DNA of 64,000 nucleotides from an uncultured Actinomycetota bacterium (GTDB lineage Bacteria; Actinomycetota; Actinomycetes; DATJPE01). The DNA lies in contig CAWFYM010000001.1 of the NCBI GenBank assembly GCA_963820065.1, positions 168,767 to 232,766 on the forward strand. Reading direction: 5' to 3'. Shown one piece after another: positions 60,164 through 64,000 of this stretch (the first letter of the stretch is position 1; each line of letters starts with the position of its first letter). Made by a program: the position numbers and the translations under genes. Under the pieces are notes generated by a model that was given only the letters and a program-made list of their open reading frames with translations, was not told the DNA's origin and ran no database searches.

Positions 60164-60500
60164 CCCACCCCTCCGCCCAACCCCACCCGCTCGTGATCAT
60201 GCGCAGATGGCCCCTGTCGGGCCGCGTGCCGCGCCGCGCAACCCCAACCCCCCTCGTGATCATGCGCAGATGGCCCCTATTTTCCGGTGCCGGGGCCTCT
60301 AGCCGTCGGTGGCGTCGTGGTGCTGCACAGGTGCCCGCCGCTTCGTCGCGGTTCCTGTGACTCGATCGCTTGGGTGCTGTCCGCAGTCCCACAGGCGCGG
60401 AAGTACGGGCCATTTGCGCATGATCACGGATGGGTGTGGGTCTAACTGGGGAGGATCAGCGGGGGACCAGGGGCCATCTGCGCATGATCACGAGGGGGGT
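60164..60500. repeat. Composite palindromic repeat element, copy C: C-rich arm, 2 direct cores, 130-bp central segment, 2 inverted cores, G-rich arm
   Basis: GTGATCATGCGCAGATGGCCCCT at 60193-60215 and 60257-60279. Inverted copies are GGGCCATTTGCGCATGATCAC (about 60408-60428) and AGGGGCCATCTGCGCATGATCAC (60469-60491). The stop codon of the convergent DUF3093 gene lies inside the last inverted core. Confidence 0.85.
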
Positions 60501-60991
60501 GGTGCTGGGGGGCGGGCAGCCTCGAGGGCGGCGACGAGGGCCTCGGGATGGCGCGTGGACACATACCAGTACGGCGCTGGGTCTGCCGCGTCCGCCACCT
60601 CAACCCGGACGGCGGTCGGCACCCAGCTGCGGAGGTACAAGTAGGCCCGGGGATCAGCCCCGGGGCCTCTCAGCCAGCGCGCGGCCGCGGCGTCGAGAGC
60701 CACGGCGGCACCCGCTTGGGCTAGGGGCAACCGGGCCCGCCCCGCGCGAAGCGTCGCGTCTTCGACGCTGACCCGCGCGCTCGTCGCTCGCAGCCCCAGC
60801 ACCACCCCCACACCACAGCCAAGCAGCACCACCAGCCCTGCCCACGGTCCGAGCGCGGCCTCGATCGCTACCGCGAACACGGCGACGACGCCCAGCGCCA
60901 CGACCCACAGGCCTGGGGGGGCCGGAATCGACTCGCGAAAAGCCACGTCACGCGAGCCGCTGGCCGCGTCGCCTGTTCCACCACCCGCCAT
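60488..60991 (-). CDS. DUF3093 domain-containing protein
   Basis: Two N-terminal TM helices, then ...RAYLYLRSWVPTAVRVEVADAADPAPYWYVSTRHPEALVAAL, matching DUF3093 (Rv2698-like). The start may be internal. Confidence 0.7.
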   Translation of the reverse strand: MAGGGTGDAASGSRDVAFRESIPAPPGLWVVALGVVAVFAVAIEAALGPWAGLVVLLGCGVGVVLGLRATSARVSVEDATLRAGRARLPLAQAGAAVALDAAAARWLRGPGADPRAYLYLRSWVPTAVRVEVADAADPAPYWYVSTRHPEALVAALEAARPPAPPPS

Positions 60992-61043
60992 GCGGCAAGG
61001 GTCGCAGCCATCGGGATCGGCATCGGCAGTAGGGTCGGGCGAG

Positions 61044-61625
61044 ATGGCCCCCTCGCTCTCCGCATCGCCCCCGGTCGGCGCCTCCCTGCCGGCGCGTCAT
61101 CCCGACGCGCCCGCGCCGGGTGAACCCCTTGGCCCCCACTACTTGAACTGCTTCGGGTGCGGTCCGGAACACCCCACAGGCCTGCACCTGCACGTGGTTG
61201 CAGGCGAGGGCCTCAACCTGCGGAGCACGTTCACCGTGTCCGAGCATCACCAGGGTGCGCCAGGCTTGGCTCATGGCGGCCTGTTGTCGACCGCCTTCGA
61301 TGAGTCGTTGGGCGCGCTCAACTGGCTGATCAGGACCCCCGCGGTCACCGCCCGTCTGGAGACCGACTTTCGCCGGCCGGTGCCGGTGGGTTCGACGCTC
61401 CACATCGACGCCGCGATCGTCGGGGTCGAAGGTCGCAAGATCTGGACGGTGGCGACGGGACGGCTCGACGGCTGGGACGGGCTCGTCGCGGTCGAGGCGG
61501 CCGCCTTGTTCGTCGCCGTGGGTCTCGATCACTTCACGACGCATGGACGGCCCCAGGACGTCGCCGCTGCCGTAGCCGAGGCCCAGTCCCGGCAGACCGT
61601 GCGCACCTTCGAGGTGAACCCGTGA
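61044..61625 (+). CDS. PaaI family thioesterase (hotdog fold)
   Basis: ...[20 protein letters not shown]...[24 protein letters not shown]... is a hotdog-fold 4HBT/PaaI motif. The track ORF from 60990 is a 5' extension. Confidence 0.7.
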   Translation: MAPSLSASPPVGASLPARHPDAPAPGEPLGPHYLNCFGCGPEHPTGLHLHVVAGEGLNLRSTFTVSEHHQGAPGLAHGGLLSTAFDESLGALNWLIRTPAVTARLETDFRRPVPVGSTLHIDAAIVGVEGRKIWTVATGRLDGWDGLVAVEAAALFVAVGLDHFTTHGRPQDVAAAVAEAQSRQTVRTFEVNP

Positions 61626-62092
61626 GCGACGTCGACGTCCTCGTGGTCCGCCTGGATCCCGGGCTGCCCCTCCCCACCTATGCACGGGCGGGGGACGCCG
61701 GTGTCGATCTCTGTACGACGGTCGACGCGAAGCTCGAGCCGGGAGAACGCGCGCTGCTCCCGACCGGGTTGGCTGTGGCTCTGCCGGATGGCTATGCCGC
61801 CTTCGTTCATCCCCGGTCGGGCCTGGCCGTGCGCCACGGCGTGAGCCTGGTCAACGCGCCGGGCACCGTCGACGCCGGTTATCGCGGCGAGATCCAGGTG
61901 TCGGTGATCAACCTGGACCCGGTGGCGCCCGTGGTGTTTCAGCGTGGTGACAGGATCGCCCAGCTGGTGGTCCAGCGTGTCGAGCGCGCGCGGTTCCATG
62001 AAGTCGACAGGCTGCCGGGATCGGCTCGCGCCGACGGTGGTTTCGGATCCACGGGTGGTCATTCGGGCGCCCGTGCACACGTGGAGGGGTGA
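61622..62092 (+). CDS. dut: dUTP diphosphatase
   Basis: GTG overlaps the upstream stop (GTGA). dUTPase motifs [34 protein letters not shown] and a C-terminal GFGSTG are all present. Confidence 0.9.
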   Translation: MSDVDVLVVRLDPGLPLPTYARAGDAGVDLCTTVDAKLEPGERALLPTGLAVALPDGYAAFVHPRSGLAVRHGVSLVNAPGTVDAGYRGEIQVSVINLDPVAPVVFQRGDRIAQLVVQRVERARFHEVDRLPGSARADGGFGSTGGHSGARAHVEG

Positions 62093-62095
62093 CCC

Positions 62096-62860
62096 ATGGC
62101 CTTGTTCCGACGCAAGAAGCACGACCTGGACGACGCGTCGGTGCCCTTGGAGGAGGCGGCCGGATCCGACGAGGGACGCGAGGAGGACTCCGCCGACGCC
62201 ATTCCGGCTGGCGGTGCCGACGGCGACGCCGACGCGGCGGCCTCGGGACAGGCGCGGGGGCCGTGGGACTCATCGATCGCACCGGATGACGGACGCCCGC
62301 GCGTCGACCTCGGCGGTCTGCGCGTGCCGGGGTTCCCCGGCATGGAGCTGCGGCTTGAGGTCGACCGCGACACCGAGCGGGTCGTCGCGGCGACGGCCGT
62401 GGCGGCGGGCGGGCAGCTGCAGATCCAGGCGTTCGCGGCCCCGCGCACCGGCGGGCTATGGACCGAAGTTCGGGCCGAGATCACCGACAGCGTGCGCGCG
62501 GCCGGAGGCTCGGTCGATGAGAGCCCGGGGCCGTTCGGGCCGGAGCTGTTGGCCACGGTCCCGGGCGATGTTCTGGAGGGGGGCCTGGAGCCGGCTCGAT
62601 TTGTCGGGGTCGACGGTCCCCGTTGGTTCGTACGCGGGGTGTTCTCTGGTGCCGCTGCGCAGGCCGGTGAGGCATCCGACGTGCTCGAACAGGTGCTTGC
62701 CGGGACCATCGTCGTTCGGGGCGACCAGGCGATGGCGCCGCGTGACCTGCTGAACCTCCAGATGCCGGATCAGACCGCCCCGGTCTCGCCCGGCCCGCCG
62801 CCCCCACCCGCGCTGGACGACCTGCGACAGCGAGGTCCGGAGATCACCGAGATCCACTGA
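62096..62860 (+). CDS. DUF3710 domain-containing protein
   Basis: MALFRRKKHDLDDASVPLEEAAGSDEGREEDS...GPWDSSIAPDDGRPRVDLGGLRVPGFPGMELRLEVD matches DUF3710, which is conserved next to dut in actinobacteria. Confidence 0.75.
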   Translation: MALFRRKKHDLDDASVPLEEAAGSDEGREEDSADAIPAGGADGDADAAASGQARGPWDSSIAPDDGRPRVDLGGLRVPGFPGMELRLEVDRDTERVVAATAVAAGGQLQIQAFAAPRTGGLWTEVRAEITDSVRAAGGSVDESPGPFGPELLATVPGDVLEGGLEPARFVGVDGPRWFVRGVFSGAAAQAGEASDVLEQVLAGTIVVRGDQAMAPRDLLNLQMPDQTAPVSPGPPPPPALDDLRQRGPEITEIH

Positions 62861-62951
62861 CCACCGCGCCCGGCGGGGTCGTCCGTACCGGCGAGCGGTC
62901 AGCGCCCGGTTGGCGCCGCATGCGGGTTCCGCGCGGGGCTACCCTTGAGGC

Positions 62952-63353
62952 ATGGCCGGATCGACACCCACCATCCCGGACAGGGCTTGGGTCCACCCAC
63001 GAGGACTGCGCCAGCGCCTGCGCCGGTGGAGCGCGGGTGAGGTCGAGCTCGAGGCCGCCGATCTCCAGGCTGAGTCCGAAGAGCTGGGCGCGACACCCAT
63101 CACCGCCTGCTGCATGGGCGAGCGGGTCACTGTCGCGGGCACCATGCGCGCCGTGACCCTTCGACCCCACGGTGGCGTACCCGCCCTCGAGGGCGAGCTC
63201 TACGACGGTTCCGCCACCATCAAGGTGATCTGGCTGGGGCGCCGTCGGATCGCGGGTGTCACCGCAGGATCCACCTTGGTCGTTCACGGACGGCTCACGT
63301 CGCAAGCGGGGACGCCAACCATCTTCAACCCGTCGTACGAGCTGCGCGCGTGA
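62952..63353 (+). CDS. OB-fold nucleic acid binding domain-containing protein
   Basis: 133 aa with ...RVTVAGTMRAVTLRPHGGVPALEGELYDGSATIKVIWLGRRRIAGVTAGSTLVVHGRL; conserved neighbour of DUF3710. Confidence 0.65.
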   Translation: MAGSTPTIPDRAWVHPRGLRQRLRRWSAGEVELEAADLQAESEELGATPITACCMGERVTVAGTMRAVTLRPHGGVPALEGELYDGSATIKVIWLGRRRIAGVTAGSTLVVHGRLTSQAGTPTIFNPSYELRA

Positions 63354-64000
63354 GTGGAGCCGCTGGATCACAGCGACGGGAACCTCCCCGCGACGCTCGG
63401 GGCCTGGCCGAGCTCCTGGGTGGCACGCGCGGCATGATCGAGGCGACGATCCCGGGAGTCGTCTTCGCCGTCGCCTATCCAGTGAGTGGTGCCCGCTTGG
63501 GCGTTTCGTTGGCGATTGCCCTGGTCGCGGCCTTCATCCTCGGTGTCGTCGCGCTGATCCATCACAGCCCCATCCAGCAGGTCATCGCCAGCCTGATCGG
63601 TGTCGGCATCATGGCGGGCTGGGCGGCTTGGCGGGGCCGCCCGGAGGACTTCTACTTTCCTTCGATCGTCAAGAACAGCGCCTACGCGGCCGTCTACGCC
63701 GTGTCCTGCCTGGTCCGCTGGCCCTTGCTCGGCGTCATCCTGGGAGCCCTGCTCGGGGAGGGCACTGGGTGGCGGCGAAATCCGGCGCGATACCGCGCCT
63801 ACCTGTGGGCTTCGTGGCTGTGGGTGGCGATGTTCGGGCTTCGCGTGGCGATTCAGGTACCGCTGTATCTGGCGGGCAAGACCACCGCACTCGGCTTCGC
63901 CAACATCCCTTTGGGATTTCCCTTGTTCTTGCTGACGTGCGGCGGCACCTGGTTGATCCTGCGCTCCACCCAGCCCGCCGCTTCAGACGAGTCTGAAGCC
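63349..64000 (+). CDS. DUF3159 domain-containing membrane protein (5' part; runs off window end)
   Basis: GTG overlaps the OB-fold gene stop (GTGA). VSGAAGSQRREPPRDARGLAELLGGTRGMIEATIPGVVFAVAYPVSG..., multi-TM. The track shows only an out-of-frame junk ORF here (63256..63996). Confidence 0.65.

Overview
High-GC (roughly 70% or more by eye) actinobacterial chromosome segment of conserved core genome, about 70 genes densely packed on both strands. The gene content (SepH, mycothiol-dependent formaldehyde dehydrogenase, DUF4193/DUF3093/DUF3710/dut block, lysine/alanine-rich principal sigma factor, second ParE/ParC-like type II topoisomerase) points to Actinomycetota, probably Propionibacteriales/Nocardioides-like. 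Recognised housekeeping genes include ppc, gltA, mmuM, tdk, dut, hemH, the principal sigma factor, a ParE-like and a ParC-like topoisomerase subunit, a psuG/psuK pair, a Pat-like GNAT/acyl-CoA synthetase fusion, and beta- and gamma-class carbonic anhydrases. I found no CRISPR array, rRNA or tRNA. The most unusual feature is an apparently undescribed family of composite palindromic intergenic elements at three loci (about 12.53-12.83 kb, 49.78-50.06 kb and 60.16-60.50 kb). Each has a C-rich arm, two direct copies of a 23-nt core GTGATCATGCGCAGATGGCCCCT, a loop, one or two inverted core copies, and a G-rich arm with G-quadruplex-type runs. One copy has been split by a complete IS3-family insertion sequence (orfA/orfB with an A6G slippery run). 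Other points of note: a frameshifted psuG; a probably disrupted lipoprotein/PKD-like gene in a lower-GC island; TetR operator palindromes; an ArsR-permease-thioredoxin-like module; and at least 13 ATGA/GTGA stop-start overlaps.
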